NCBI GenBank assembly: GCA_903842445.1
Contig: CAIMLT010000029.1
Location: 1 to 46,044, forward strand
Direction of reading: 5' to 3'
DNA from: an uncultured bacterium
GTDB lineage: Bacteria; Patescibacteriota; Minisyncoccia; Moranbacterales; UBA2206
DNA length: 46,044 nt
The position numbers were made by a program, and so were the translations under genes. Shown here in pieces: positions 1-8,974 of this stretch. The first letter of the stretch is position 1. Every line of letters begins with the position of its first letter. The notes below the pieces were generated by a model. It made no database searches. It was not told the DNA's origin and saw nothing but the letters and a program-made list of their open reading frames with translations.

Positions 1-22
1 CGAAGAGGTGGTTAGAAAATAA
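1..22 (+). CDS. 3' end of an upstream gene (partial, ...EEVVRK*)
   Basis: Open frame ending in TAA at 20-22, followed by a terminator-like hairpin; too short to identify. Confidence 0.35.
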
Positions 23-40
23 CAGCTGCTTAAGTAGCGA

Positions 41-84
41 TAATCCCTTTCTGCAGAACTTTGCTGGAAGGGATTATTTATTTT
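41..84 (+). terminator. Probable intrinsic terminator
   Basis: TAATCCCTTTC...GGAAGGGATTA stem followed by TTTATTTT. Confidence 0.6.
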
Positions 85-111
85 GCCGGGATGTTTGAAC
101 TTTGGTATACT
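83..111 (+). promoter_or_regulatory. Sigma70-type promoter for rubrerythrin
   Basis: TTGCCG-17 nt-TATACT with extended -10 TG. Confidence 0.55.
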
Positions 112-140
112 AGTAGTATAAGAATTAAAAAAAACAAACT

Positions 141-641
141 ATGCAAAAAACAACCGAAAATTTAAAATCAGCGTTTGCTGGGGAATCACAAGCTAATCGG
201 CGTTATTTAGCTTTTGCTAAAAAAGCCCAGAGTGAGGGAAAAATAGGAATCGCAAAACTTTTTCGCGCGGCGGCAGAAGGCGAAACTGTGCATGCCTTGC
301 GACATTTGCAAACATTAGGAGAGGTGAAAGATACGGTAGAAAATTTGAAAGCGGCTGTTAGTGGTGAGACCTATGAAATTGATACGATGTATCCCGGATT
401 TATTTCTGAGGCGCAAGAAGAAAAAGAAAGTGGCGCAGAAATATCTTTCAAAAATGCGCTTAGCGTGGAAATGATTCACCAAGAACTTTTTCGCGAAGCG
501 CTTGAGAAAATGGAAAAGGGGGATGATCTCGAAGATTTTGACTATTATATTTGTCCAGTTTGCGGTTATCCGGCTATCTCTGAAATTCCAGATTCTTGCC
601 CAATTTGCCACACACCAAAAGACAAATTTGAAAAAATCTAA
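141..641 (+). CDS. rbr: Rubrerythrin (ferritin-like di-iron domain plus C-terminal rubredoxin-like domain)
   Basis: AFAGESQANRRY, ETVHA, ETYE, EMIH di-iron motifs; CPVCGY...CPIC. Confidence 0.93.
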   Translation: MQKTTENLKSAFAGESQANRRYLAFAKKAQSEGKIGIAKLFRAAAEGETVHALRHLQTLGEVKDTVENLKAAVSGETYEIDTMYPGFISEAQEEKESGAEISFKNALSVEMIHQELFREALEKMEKGDDLEDFDYYICPVCGYPAISEIPDSCPICHTPKDKFEKI

Positions 642-643
642 GC

Positions 644-672
644 TTGCACAATTTTTCAAAAAAGACTATAAT
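644..672 (+). promoter_or_regulatory. Sigma70-type promoter upstream of the membrane protein-gyrB unit
   Basis: TTGCAC-17 nt-TATAAT. Confidence 0.6.
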
Positions 673-805
673 TAAAAAATGCTATAATAGCTCAAGATAA
701 GCAAAAAGTAAAGCTTTTTTTGTCTTGTTTTTTCTTGCTATGGCAGATTTATGAGTTTTCAGTGTAAAGGTGAACTTCGTTAAAATTGTAGTGTAAAATA
801 AACAA

Positions 806-1183
806 ATGGTACCACGAGGTTATCTTTGGTTAGTAAGAATAATTGGTTTTGTTTCTCTTTTAGCTTGGGGTTTTCTTGTTACTCAAGTTGAGCCGGAAAA
901 AAACTATTGGATGAAAGTAGCTTTTTATTTAACATTTTTTTTATTTCTTGTCTCTTTGTTCAATTTATTCTTATTGAGATTGCGAAAGCGGGTGATGCGA
1001 GGAGAAGCTGTGGGTGAAAACATAATTCTTAGTTTTCGTCAGGGAACTCTTTTGGCACTTTTGGCGACAAGTTTGCTTGTTCTTCAAGGATTGCGGATGC
1101 TTCTATGGTGGGATGGGCTTTTGGTTGTTGCTGGAATATTTCTAATTGAGCTTTATTTCCTTTCCAGAAATAATGATGATTGA
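806..1183 (+). CDS. Hypothetical integral membrane protein (about 4 TM)
   Basis: 125-aa ORF with four hydrophobic stretches, directly upstream of gyrB. Confidence 0.75.
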   Translation: MVPRGYLWLVRIIGFVSLLAWGFLVTQVEPEKNYWMKVAFYLTFFLFLVSLFNLFLLRLRKRVMRGEAVGENIILSFRQGTLLALLATSLLVLQGLRMLLWWDGLLVVAGIFLIELYFLSRNNDD

Positions 1184-1229
1184 TTAAGATAATTTTATAA
1201 CGTAGCTAAGATATCAATTTTAAAAACAT

Positions 1230-3281
1230 ATGGCAGAAGATAAAAAAAAGGAAAAAAATAATGGGGATTATACCGCCAAGTCTATTCAAGTTCTTGAGGG
1301 TCTGGAGCCGGTCAGGAAGCGACCGGGAATGTATATTGGCGGAACGTCTGTTGATGGATTGCATCATTTGATTTGGGAAGTGGTAAATAACTCCATTGAT
1401 GAAGCGATGGCTGGATATTGTGAAAACATTACCGTGAAACTTTTACCGGATAACATGATCGAAATGGAAGATGATGGACGTGGTATTCCCGTCGAAAAGC
1501 ATCCTCAAACCAAAAAATCCACATTGGAAACGGTGCTCACGGTGCTTCACGCAGGAGGAAAATTTGGCGGTAACGGTTATAAGATTTCAGGAGGACTGCA
1601 TGGCGTAGGCGTTTCAGTGGTGAATGCGCTTTCGGTTTATTTGAGAGCGGAAGTGAAAAGAGATGGAAAAATATATGCAATGGAATTTGAAAGAGGCAAA
1701 CCAAAAAGTAAAGAGCCAATTGTGGTTGGAAAATCCAAAGAAACTGGCACGAAAATTATTTTTCAGGCTGATCCGCAAATTTTTTCAGAGATAAAGTATT
1801 CCTGGGAAAGAATTCTGGCTTATCTTCGTCAACAATCATATCTAACCAAGGGCATTAGTGTTAAGATTTATGATACGCGTGAAGTGGAAAAAGAGAGAGC
1901 CTATGGGTTTTTATTTGATGGTGGTTTGGTCTCTTATATTAAATTTTTGAACCGTGGCAAGGAGATTAAAAACGAAATGCCATTTTATGTGCGCAAAGAA
2001 CAGGATGATACATTGGTCGAGGTAGCGGTGCAATATACTGATTCCTACAAAGAGCATATCTTTTCTTTTGCTAATAATATTTCCACTCCGGAAGGTGGAA
2101 TGCATGAGGCTGGTTTTCGTAGCGCGTTGACAAGAGTTATTAACTCTTATGCCAAAAAATCCGGACTCTTGAAAGAAAAAGATGATAATTTTACAGCGGA
2201 AGATTTCCAAGAAGGTTTAACAGCTGTAATAAGTGTTAAGCTCAGAAATCCGCAATTCGAAGGACAAACCAAGGCTAAGCTGGGCAATGGTGAAATTAGA
2301 GGAATTGTTTCGTCAGCTGTTGCAGAGGCTTTGTTTGAGTATCTGGAAGCACATCCTAATAATGCCAAGGCGATTATTTCCAAAATTTCCTTAACTTCAC
2401 GCGCACGTCTGGCGGCTCGTGCCGCTAAGGATGCGGTGATTCGCAAAGGTGCGTTGGAAGGGATGACTCTTCCTGGAAAATTAGCTGATTGTTCTAGTCG
2501 GGACGCTTCACAATCAGAGATCTATATCGTAGAGGGAGACTCGGCTGGTGGTTCGGCCAAGCAAGGACGCAATCGACGTTTTCAAGCGATTTTGCCACTC
2601 CGCGGAAAACTGGTAAATGTGGAAAAAGCTACACTTGATAAGGTGGTTAAGTCTGATACACTAAAGCCAATTATTATTGCACTTGGGGCTGGAATCGGAG
2701 ATAGCTTGGATATTGCCAAACTACGTTATCACAAAGTAATTATAATGGCTGATGCTGATGTTGACGGATCGCATATTCGCACTTTGCTTTTGACTTTTTT
2801 CTATCGCTATTTCGAACCCCTTATTCGCAATGGTCATATCTATATTGCTCAACCGCCACTCTATCGTTTGCAAAAGGGCAAAGAGGTTAATTATGCTTTT
2901 ACTGATCAGGGCAGGGATAAAATTATTGAAGAAATGAAAAAGAAGAGTGAAGTAAATAAGAGGGATAAGGCGGAAAAAACACTCAAGAAAAAAACAGAAG
3001 AAGCGTTACCTGAAATTGTGATCGAAACAGATGAGGATGGAGAAGTTAAAGAAGAAGTTTCTGGCATCACCATCCAGCGCTATAAAGGTTTGGGAGAAAT
3101 GAATCCAACGCAACTTTGGGAAACGACTATGGATCCAACAACGAGGATGATGATGCAAGTGAATATTGAAGATGCCGAGGCGGCCGACAAGATGTTTGAC
3201 ATTTTGATGGGCACCGAGGTTGAGCCACGTCGACGCTTTATTCAAACTCATGCCAAGAGTGTGAAGAACCTGGATGTATAG
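1230..3281 (+). CDS. gyrB: DNA gyrase subunit B
   Basis: LEPVRKRPGMYIG, EVVNNSIDE, LHAGGKF, GGLHGVG, EGDSAGGS, DADVDG, QRYKGLGEM; no intein. Confidence 0.97.
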   Translation: MAEDKKKEKNNGDYTAKSIQVLEGLEPVRKRPGMYIGGTSVDGLHHLIWEVVNNSIDEAMAGYCENITVKLLPDNMIEMEDDGRGIPVEKHPQTKKSTLETVLTVLHAGGKFGGNGYKISGGLHGVGVSVVNALSVYLRAEVKRDGKIYAMEFERGKPKSKEPIVVGKSKETGTKIIFQADPQIFSEIKYSWERILAYLRQQSYLTKGISVKIYDTREVEKERAYGFLFDGGLVSYIKFLNRGKEIKNEMPFYVRKEQDDTLVEVAVQYTDSYKEHIFSFANNISTPEGGMHEAGFRSALTRVINSYAKKSGLLKEKDDNFTAEDFQEGLTAVISVKLRNPQFEGQTKAKLGNGEIRGIVSSAVAEALFEYLEAHPNNAKAIISKISLTSRARLAARAAKDAVIRKGALEGMTLPGKLADCSSRDASQSEIYIVEGDSAGGSAKQGRNRRFQAILPLRGKLVNVEKATLDKVVKSDTLKPIIIALGAGIGDSLDIAKLRYHKVIIMADADVDGSHIRTLLLTFFYRYFEPLIRNGHIYIAQPPLYRLQKGKEVNYAFTDQGRDKIIEEMKKKSEVNKRDKAEKTLKKKTEEALPEIVIETDEDGEVKEEVSGITIQRYKGLGEMNPTQLWETTMDPTTRMMMQVNIEDAEAADKMFDILMGTEVEPRRRFIQTHAKSVKNLDV

Positions 3282-3329
3282 TAGTTTTTTAGTTTTGTAA
3301 ATATAAAAATCTAAGCGAAAATAAACTTT

Positions 3330-4367
3330 ATGCAATTGAGAAAAATACAAGACGCTGATCTTGAAAATAAAAAAGTATTGCTGAGGGTCGATTTTAATGT
3401 TTCCTTGGAAGATGGGAAAGTGAAGGAAACTTTCAAAATTTCGGCTGCCAAAGAGTCGATCGATTATCTGCTCCGCAAGAATTGCAAGGTCGCACTTCTG
3501 ACTCATTTAGGCCGGCCTGATGGCAAAGTTAATTCGGAATTTTCGGTGCAACAGATTGTCGATGATGCGGAAATGGTTTTGGCAAGCAAGATTACTTTTA
3601 TTCCTGATTGTGTCGGTGAAAAAGTTAAAGAAGCACTTGATAGTCTGAGCGACGGGATCTTGCTTTTGGAAAATGTCAGGTTTTATGCGGGGGATGAGAA
3701 AAATGACGAAGAATTTTCCAAAAAATTGGCGGAAAATTTCGATATTTTTGTGAACGATGCATTCAGTGCGTCGCATCGAGACCATGCTTCTATCACGGGT
3801 GTCGCGAAAATATTGCCGAGTTATGCCGGCTGTTGCCTTCAAGAAGAGATCCACGAGATGTCGATCATCAAAGATCATCCGGTGCATCCGGCGGTGGCGA
3901 TCATTGGCGGTGCGAAAATCGAAACCAAGCTCCCAGTTATCAAATTCTTTGAAGATAAATATGATCATATCCTGGTCGGCGGTAAAATTGCCAATGAGGC
4001 GATTGATCAGCATGTCCAATTTTCCGAAAAAGTTATTTTGCCGATTGATTTCGTGGATGATCGCCTAGACATCGGACCGAAAACCATTGAAAAATTCAAA
4101 GAGATCATTGCCTCAGCCAAGATGATCGCTTGGAACGGACCGACGGGAAAATTCGAAGATGAGAGATATGCCAAGAGTTCCAAAGAAATTCTCGAAGCAG
4201 TCATCAGGAGCGGCGCTTTTGTCCTGGTTGGCGGCGGAGAAACTCTGGAAATTTTGGAAAGAAATGATGCGATGCACCGAGTATCTTTCGTTTCAACCGG
4301 CGGAGGCGCGATGTTGGATTTTCTCTCTGGCGAAAAGATGCCAGGAATCGAGATGCTGGAGAGTTAA
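3330..4367 (+). CDS. pgk: Phosphoglycerate kinase (short, divergent)
   Basis: LRVDFNV, HLGRP, LLENVRF, NDAF, GGAK, DIGPKT, STGGGA. Confidence 0.92.
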   Translation: MQLRKIQDADLENKKVLLRVDFNVSLEDGKVKETFKISAAKESIDYLLRKNCKVALLTHLGRPDGKVNSEFSVQQIVDDAEMVLASKITFIPDCVGEKVKEALDSLSDGILLLENVRFYAGDEKNDEEFSKKLAENFDIFVNDAFSASHRDHASITGVAKILPSYAGCCLQEEIHEMSIIKDHPVHPAVAIIGGAKIETKLPVIKFFEDKYDHILVGGKIANEAIDQHVQFSEKVILPIDFVDDRLDIGPKTIEKFKEIIASAKMIAWNGPTGKFEDERYAKSSKEILEAVIRSGAFVLVGGGETLEILERNDAMHRVSFVSTGGGAMLDFLSGEKMPGIEMLES

Positions 4368-4389
4368 GAAAGTATTTTTTTAAATTTAT

Positions 4390-4911
4390 ATGAAGCAGAT
4401 TGAGACCGCAAAGTTTATACTTAGAAATATTGCGAAGGGCGATGAGTTTGCGATTGCGAAAAATATCAATGATAAGACCATTTCCCGCAACACGGCGACT
4501 ATCCCATATCCGTATAAGCTTAAGGATGCTGAAGATTGGATCAAGGTGTGTCTCGATAGAGAAAAAGAGAAGGATCCTACGGAGTTGGCCTTGGCTGTTG
4601 TTATTGATGGTGAAGTTTGTGGGGCTGTTAGTCTTCATAAGATTAAAAAAAATCACAAAGCAGAAATCGGTTATTGGCTGGCAAAAAAATACTGGGGCAG
4701 AGGAATTTTTTCCGAAGTGATTAAGATTGTGACCGAACTTAGTTTTAAGAAATTCAAGCTAAGGCGAATATACGCCGGAGTGTATTCGTTTAATCCGGCC
4801 TCAATGAAGGTCCTTATCAAGAATGGCTATGTGCTCGAAGGAGTATTAAAAAAAGATATAAAAAAAGGAGGGAGGCTTTTTGATAAGCATATTTATGCTA
4901 AAGTGAAGTAA
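4390..4911 (+). CDS. GNAT acetyltransferase, RimJ/RimL family
   Basis: EIGYWLAKKYWGRG and NPASMKVLIKNGY motifs. Confidence 0.85.
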   Translation: MKQIETAKFILRNIAKGDEFAIAKNINDKTISRNTATIPYPYKLKDAEDWIKVCLDREKEKDPTELALAVVIDGEVCGAVSLHKIKKNHKAEIGYWLAKKYWGRGIFSEVIKIVTELSFKKFKLRRIYAGVYSFNPASMKVLIKNGYVLEGVLKKDIKKGGRLFDKHIYAKVK

Positions 4912-5025
4912 GTTTAAAAGTGGAATTGATTAAAAACCGCGCTGAAAATTAGGCGCTTTTGTTTTTTTATAAATAGCGGTATAATTAAGCAAACTGCATC
5001 ATTTAACCAATGTAATTTTTAAACT

Positions 5026-6279
5026 ATGTCAAAAATTAAAAAGATTTATGCACGCGAAATTTTGGACTCTCGTGGTAATCCGACTGTGGAAGTTGAGGTG
5101 AGCCTTGAGTCCGGATCGATTGGAAACTTTATGGTGCCATCGGGCGCATCAACCGGGACGCATGAAGCTCTGGAACTTCGAGATGGGGACAAGACACGCT
5201 ATAACGGCTTAGGTGTAAAAACGGCTGTTGCCAATGTAAATGAAAAAATTCAAGGAGCGCTTTTGGGAATGGAAGCTGGAAATCAAAAAGAAATAGATAA
5301 AGCGATGATAGCGCTTGATGGAACTGAGAATAAAACTAATTTGGGGGCGAATGCGATCTTGGGAGTTTCTATAGCGGTTTGCCGAGCAATGGCAAAAGAG
5401 CTTGATATTCCATTGTATAAATATATTGCAGAGACATTTAAATTGTCGAAAAAATTCAAATTGCCAATTCCAATGTTCAATATCATTAATGGTGGACAAC
5501 ATAGCGATTCCGGGCTTTCTATTCAAGAATATAAGCTAGTGCCAAATGGAATTAGAGAATTTAGTAAACAACTTCGTGCTGGCAGTGAAATATTTCATGA
5601 GCTGAAAAAGCTTTTATCCTCCGAAGGCTTTAGTGTTTCCGTGGGAGATGAGGGTGGCTTTGCGCCAAAACTTGAAAGCAACGCTAAAGCCCTGGAGTTG
5701 ATTAACCTGGCGATTGAAAAAGCTGGTTATAAAAAAGGACAAGAAGTCAATCTGGGGATTGACGCAGCTGCGAGTTCTTTTTTTGACGAAACAGAAAAAC
5801 AGTATGTTTTCAAGCCTGAAAATGCCGTGCTTAGTCCAGATGCTTTGATCAATATTTATGCCGAATGGATTAAAAAATATAATGTTATTTCCGTGGAAGA
5901 TGGTCTCATGGAAGACGATTTTTCTGGTTGGACAAAGATGGAAAAAAAAATAGGAGAAAAAGTGATGACAATTGGCGATGATCTTTTAGTGACAAATGTT
6001 AAAAGACTCAAAATGGCAATAGCTAAAAAAGCCTGTAACGCTGTGCTAATTAAAGTTAACCAAATCGGAACGCTAACGGAAACGATCGATTGCATGAAAT
6101 TGGCTAAGAAAAATAAAATGAAAGTAGTCGTGTCTCATCGTAGTGGAGAAACCACGGATGATTTTATCGCTGATTTGGCAGTTGGTGCTTCTGCTGATTA
6201 TATTAAATCTGGTTCGCTTTCCAGAGGAGAGCGAATTTGTAAGTATAATCGATTGCTTAGAATTGAAGAAGAAATTTAA
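5026..6279 (+). CDS. eno: Enolase
   Basis: DSRGNPTVE, VPSGASTG, GDEGGF, KVNQIGT, SHRSGET. Confidence 0.97.
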   Translation: MSKIKKIYAREILDSRGNPTVEVEVSLESGSIGNFMVPSGASTGTHEALELRDGDKTRYNGLGVKTAVANVNEKIQGALLGMEAGNQKEIDKAMIALDGTENKTNLGANAILGVSIAVCRAMAKELDIPLYKYIAETFKLSKKFKLPIPMFNIINGGQHSDSGLSIQEYKLVPNGIREFSKQLRAGSEIFHELKKLLSSEGFSVSVGDEGGFAPKLESNAKALELINLAIEKAGYKKGQEVNLGIDAAASSFFDETEKQYVFKPENAVLSPDALINIYAEWIKKYNVISVEDGLMEDDFSGWTKMEKKIGEKVMTIGDDLLVTNVKRLKMAIAKKACNAVLIKVNQIGTLTETIDCMKLAKKNKMKVVVSHRSGETTDDFIADLAVGASADYIKSGSLSRGERICKYNRLLRIEEEI

Positions 6280-6378
6280 TCAGAACCACTGATTATCACT
6301 GAGAACACTGGTTTCACTGATTTTAAAATTCAATCAGGTGTAATCAGGAAAATCATGCGCTAATCATGTGGTTCAGAT
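6279..6378. repeat. Inverted pair of short tandem arrays (CACTGATT-like 9-10-mers) forming a long imperfect hairpin
   Basis: Left arm GAACCACTGATTATCACTGAGAACACTGGTTTCACTGATT; right arm AATCAGGTGTAATCAGGAAAATCATGCGCTAATCATGTGGTTC. Confidence 0.7.
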
Positions 6379-6381
6379 ATT

Positions 6382-7929
6382 ATGAAAATCCCAACACTTC
6401 TTGTGATCCTCGACGGTTATGGCGTTGCTCCACCGGGAAAAGGCAATGCGATAACTTTAGCTAAAAAACCGACAATTGATCGGTTGTTTAAAGTTTATCC
6501 TTCAACAACTCTCTGCGCGACGGGGAATTGTGTTGGATTAGAAAGTCATAAGATGAGTGGGTCGGAAGCCGGACACATGAATATTGGAGCGGGTAGAATT
6601 GTGCCACAAGATTCAAAGTATATTACTGATAGCATAAAAGATGGTAGTTTTTTTATGAATCCGATAATGATTGGTGCTATGAAGCAGGTGAAAGATTTAG
6701 GAGGCAATTTTCATGTTATGGGTTTAATGGGAAATGGAGACAGTCCGCATAGTGATCCGGAGCATTTCAGGGCGATTCTTCGATTGGCCAAGAAGAATAA
6801 TATTAAAGAAGTTTATTGTCATCTTTTTACGGATGGTCGTGATTCCTATCCAAAAAGTGCTCTCACGCATTTGAAGTATTTCCAAAGAATTATACAAGAA
6901 GAAGGTATCGGAAAAATAGCGACGCTTTCAGGTCGATTTTATGCAATGGATAGGGCAAAAAATTGGAAAAGACTTACCTTGGCTTATGATGTTTCAGTAT
7001 TTGCTCGTGGAGAAAAAGCGAATTCGGCCGAAGAAGCAATCCAAAAAGCCTATGAAGCTGATTTGACTGATGAATATCTTTTGCCGACAGTTATTTTCGA
7101 AAATGGAGTGCCAGTTGCTCAAATTAAAAAAAATGACTCAGTGGTCTTTTATAATTTTCGTTCAGATAGAGCAAGGCAATTCAGTAAGTTGTTCATTGCG
7201 ATAGACGAAAAGAGCATTTTAAATGATAACATGCCAATACTTGATAAAATCAAGAACTTATATTTTGTTGCGCTGACTGATTTTGGTCCTGGGCTGGATG
7301 AACACACGGCCTTTCCTGAACATACGATTTCTGCCACTTTGCCGATGGTCTTGGGTAAGCTTAAGCAACTCTATATCGCCGAATCGGAAAAGTTTGCTCA
7401 TGTAACATATTTTTTAAATGGTGGCTATGCTGATTCAGTCAGTGGGGAAACGCGACTTATGGTTGAATCTCCCGTAGTCGATTCTTACAAAAATATGCCG
7501 GAAATGTCCGCTGAACTTATAACAGATACGGTGCTTAAGGCTTTAAAAAAAAATGAATATGATTTTATTGCGATTAATTATGCCAATGCGGATATGGTTG
7601 GACATACGGGTGATTTGCCAGCCACGATAAAAGCAGTTGAGTTCTTGGATAAGCAATTAGAAAAATTAACGAGTGCAGTCTTAAAATTAAAAGGAAATTT
7701 GATTGTTACGGCCGATCATGGCAATGCGGATGATATGATAGATTTCGAGAGTGATCAGCCTAATACTTATCATACCAAAAATCCTGTGCCATTTTTAATT
7801 ATTTCTGAAAAATTTAAAGACAAGAAACTGCGTGATGATGGCGTATTGGGAAATATTGCTCCGACTATTTTGGATATTCTTGATATCGAAAAACCCAAGC
7901 TGATGGATAAAAATTCATTATTAAAATAA
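6382..7929 (+). CDS. gpmI: 2,3-bisphosphoglycerate-independent phosphoglycerate mutase
   Basis: ILDGYG, GSEAGH, DGRD, GRFYAMDR, NFRSDR, DMVGHTG, TADHGN. Confidence 0.96.
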   Translation: MKIPTLLVILDGYGVAPPGKGNAITLAKKPTIDRLFKVYPSTTLCATGNCVGLESHKMSGSEAGHMNIGAGRIVPQDSKYITDSIKDGSFFMNPIMIGAMKQVKDLGGNFHVMGLMGNGDSPHSDPEHFRAILRLAKKNNIKEVYCHLFTDGRDSYPKSALTHLKYFQRIIQEEGIGKIATLSGRFYAMDRAKNWKRLTLAYDVSVFARGEKANSAEEAIQKAYEADLTDEYLLPTVIFENGVPVAQIKKNDSVVFYNFRSDRARQFSKLFIAIDEKSILNDNMPILDKIKNLYFVALTDFGPGLDEHTAFPEHTISATLPMVLGKLKQLYIAESEKFAHVTYFLNGGYADSVSGETRLMVESPVVDSYKNMPEMSAELITDTVLKALKKNEYDFIAINYANADMVGHTGDLPATIKAVEFLDKQLEKLTSAVLKLKGNLIVTADHGNADDMIDFESDQPNTYHTKNPVPFLIISEKFKDKKLRDDGVLGNIAPTILDILDIEKPKLMDKNSLLK

Positions 7930-7941
7930 TCTTAAAACAAT

Positions 7942-8943
7942 ATGCATAAAATAGTTTGTGTTGGTTCGGCTTGCAAGGATATTTTTTTTCCGACTCTTGA
8001 AGGAAAAATAATTGAAACGCCGAATGAAATATTGAGTCAAAAGAAGATTGAATTTGAATTGGGAGCAAAGTATAAAATTGAAGATCGATTTGAAGCTTTG
8101 GGTGGTTGCGCCGCTAATGTGGCAGTGGGACTTTCTCGTTTAGGAATTTCTGCTGCATGTTACGCGCATATTGGCAATGATCAAATGGCTGATTGGATTC
8201 TCTCGGAACTTGAGAAAAATAATATTGGAACCGATTTAATAACAAAAGATAAAGATTTGCCAAGTGATATGTCAGCGATTATTATTGACAAAAATTCTGG
8301 CGAAAGAGTAATTTTTTCCAATCAGAAAGCCAATACGAACTTAACCATAATTCCTGAAAAAATAAATTCCGCAGAGTGGATTTTTATCGGTGATTTGCAT
8401 GGCAATTGGCAAGATCACTTAGATTTGATTTTCAATCTAGCTCGAGAAAATAAAATCAAATTAGCTTACAATCCACGACAAATAAATATTCACGATGATG
8501 TTAAAAAAATAATTGAAAAAATAGCCCAAGCGCAAGTTTTATTTCTCAATAAAGATGAAGCACTGGAAATCATTTCTCAAGTTGGTGATTTTTCGGCGGA
8601 AGATTTGGAGGATGAGAAGTTCTTGCTTAATGAGCTGAAAAAAATAGGAGCAGAGTTGGTGATTATCACCGATGGAGTGCGCGGTGCTTTTGCGAGTAAT
8701 GGTGGTGAGATATTTTTTATTCCTGGAAAAAAGGTTAAGGCAGTTGATTCAACCGGCGCGGGTGATGCTTTTGCGAGCGGTTTTCTTGGAGCTTTTCTCA
8801 AGGGAAAAACGCTAGAAGACTGTCTGAATTGGGGGATTATTAATAGCTCAAGCGAGGTGCAATTTTATGGATCAATTGATGGGCTTCTTTTTGAAGAAGG
8901 AATTTTAGAAAAATCCAAAGTTTTTGAAATTAAAGAGGTTTAA
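7942..8943 (+). CDS. PfkB/ribokinase-family carbohydrate kinase
   Basis: GGCAANVAVGLSRLG and DSTGAGDAFASGF signatures. Confidence 0.9.
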   Translation: MHKIVCVGSACKDIFFPTLEGKIIETPNEILSQKKIEFELGAKYKIEDRFEALGGCAANVAVGLSRLGISAACYAHIGNDQMADWILSELEKNNIGTDLITKDKDLPSDMSAIIIDKNSGERVIFSNQKANTNLTIIPEKINSAEWIFIGDLHGNWQDHLDLIFNLARENKIKLAYNPRQINIHDDVKKIIEKIAQAQVLFLNKDEALEIISQVGDFSAEDLEDEKFLLNELKKIGAELVIITDGVRGAFASNGGEIFFIPGKKVKAVDSTGAGDAFASGFLGAFLKGKTLEDCLNWGIINSSSEVQFYGSIDGLLFEEGILEKSKVFEIKEV

Positions 8944-8974
8944 CAAAATATTTTTATTGTTTAACTTTATTTTT

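Noticed and set aside
680..745. Hairpin in the leader upstream of the membrane protein/gyrB as a riboswitch
   Set aside because: AT-rich imperfect stem with no recognisable aptamer consensus
2920..3070. Charged insert in the GyrB C-terminal region as an intein or mobile insertion
   Set aside because: Only about 40 aa, K/E-rich, with no splicing motifs or DNA symmetry; a known variable position in GyrB
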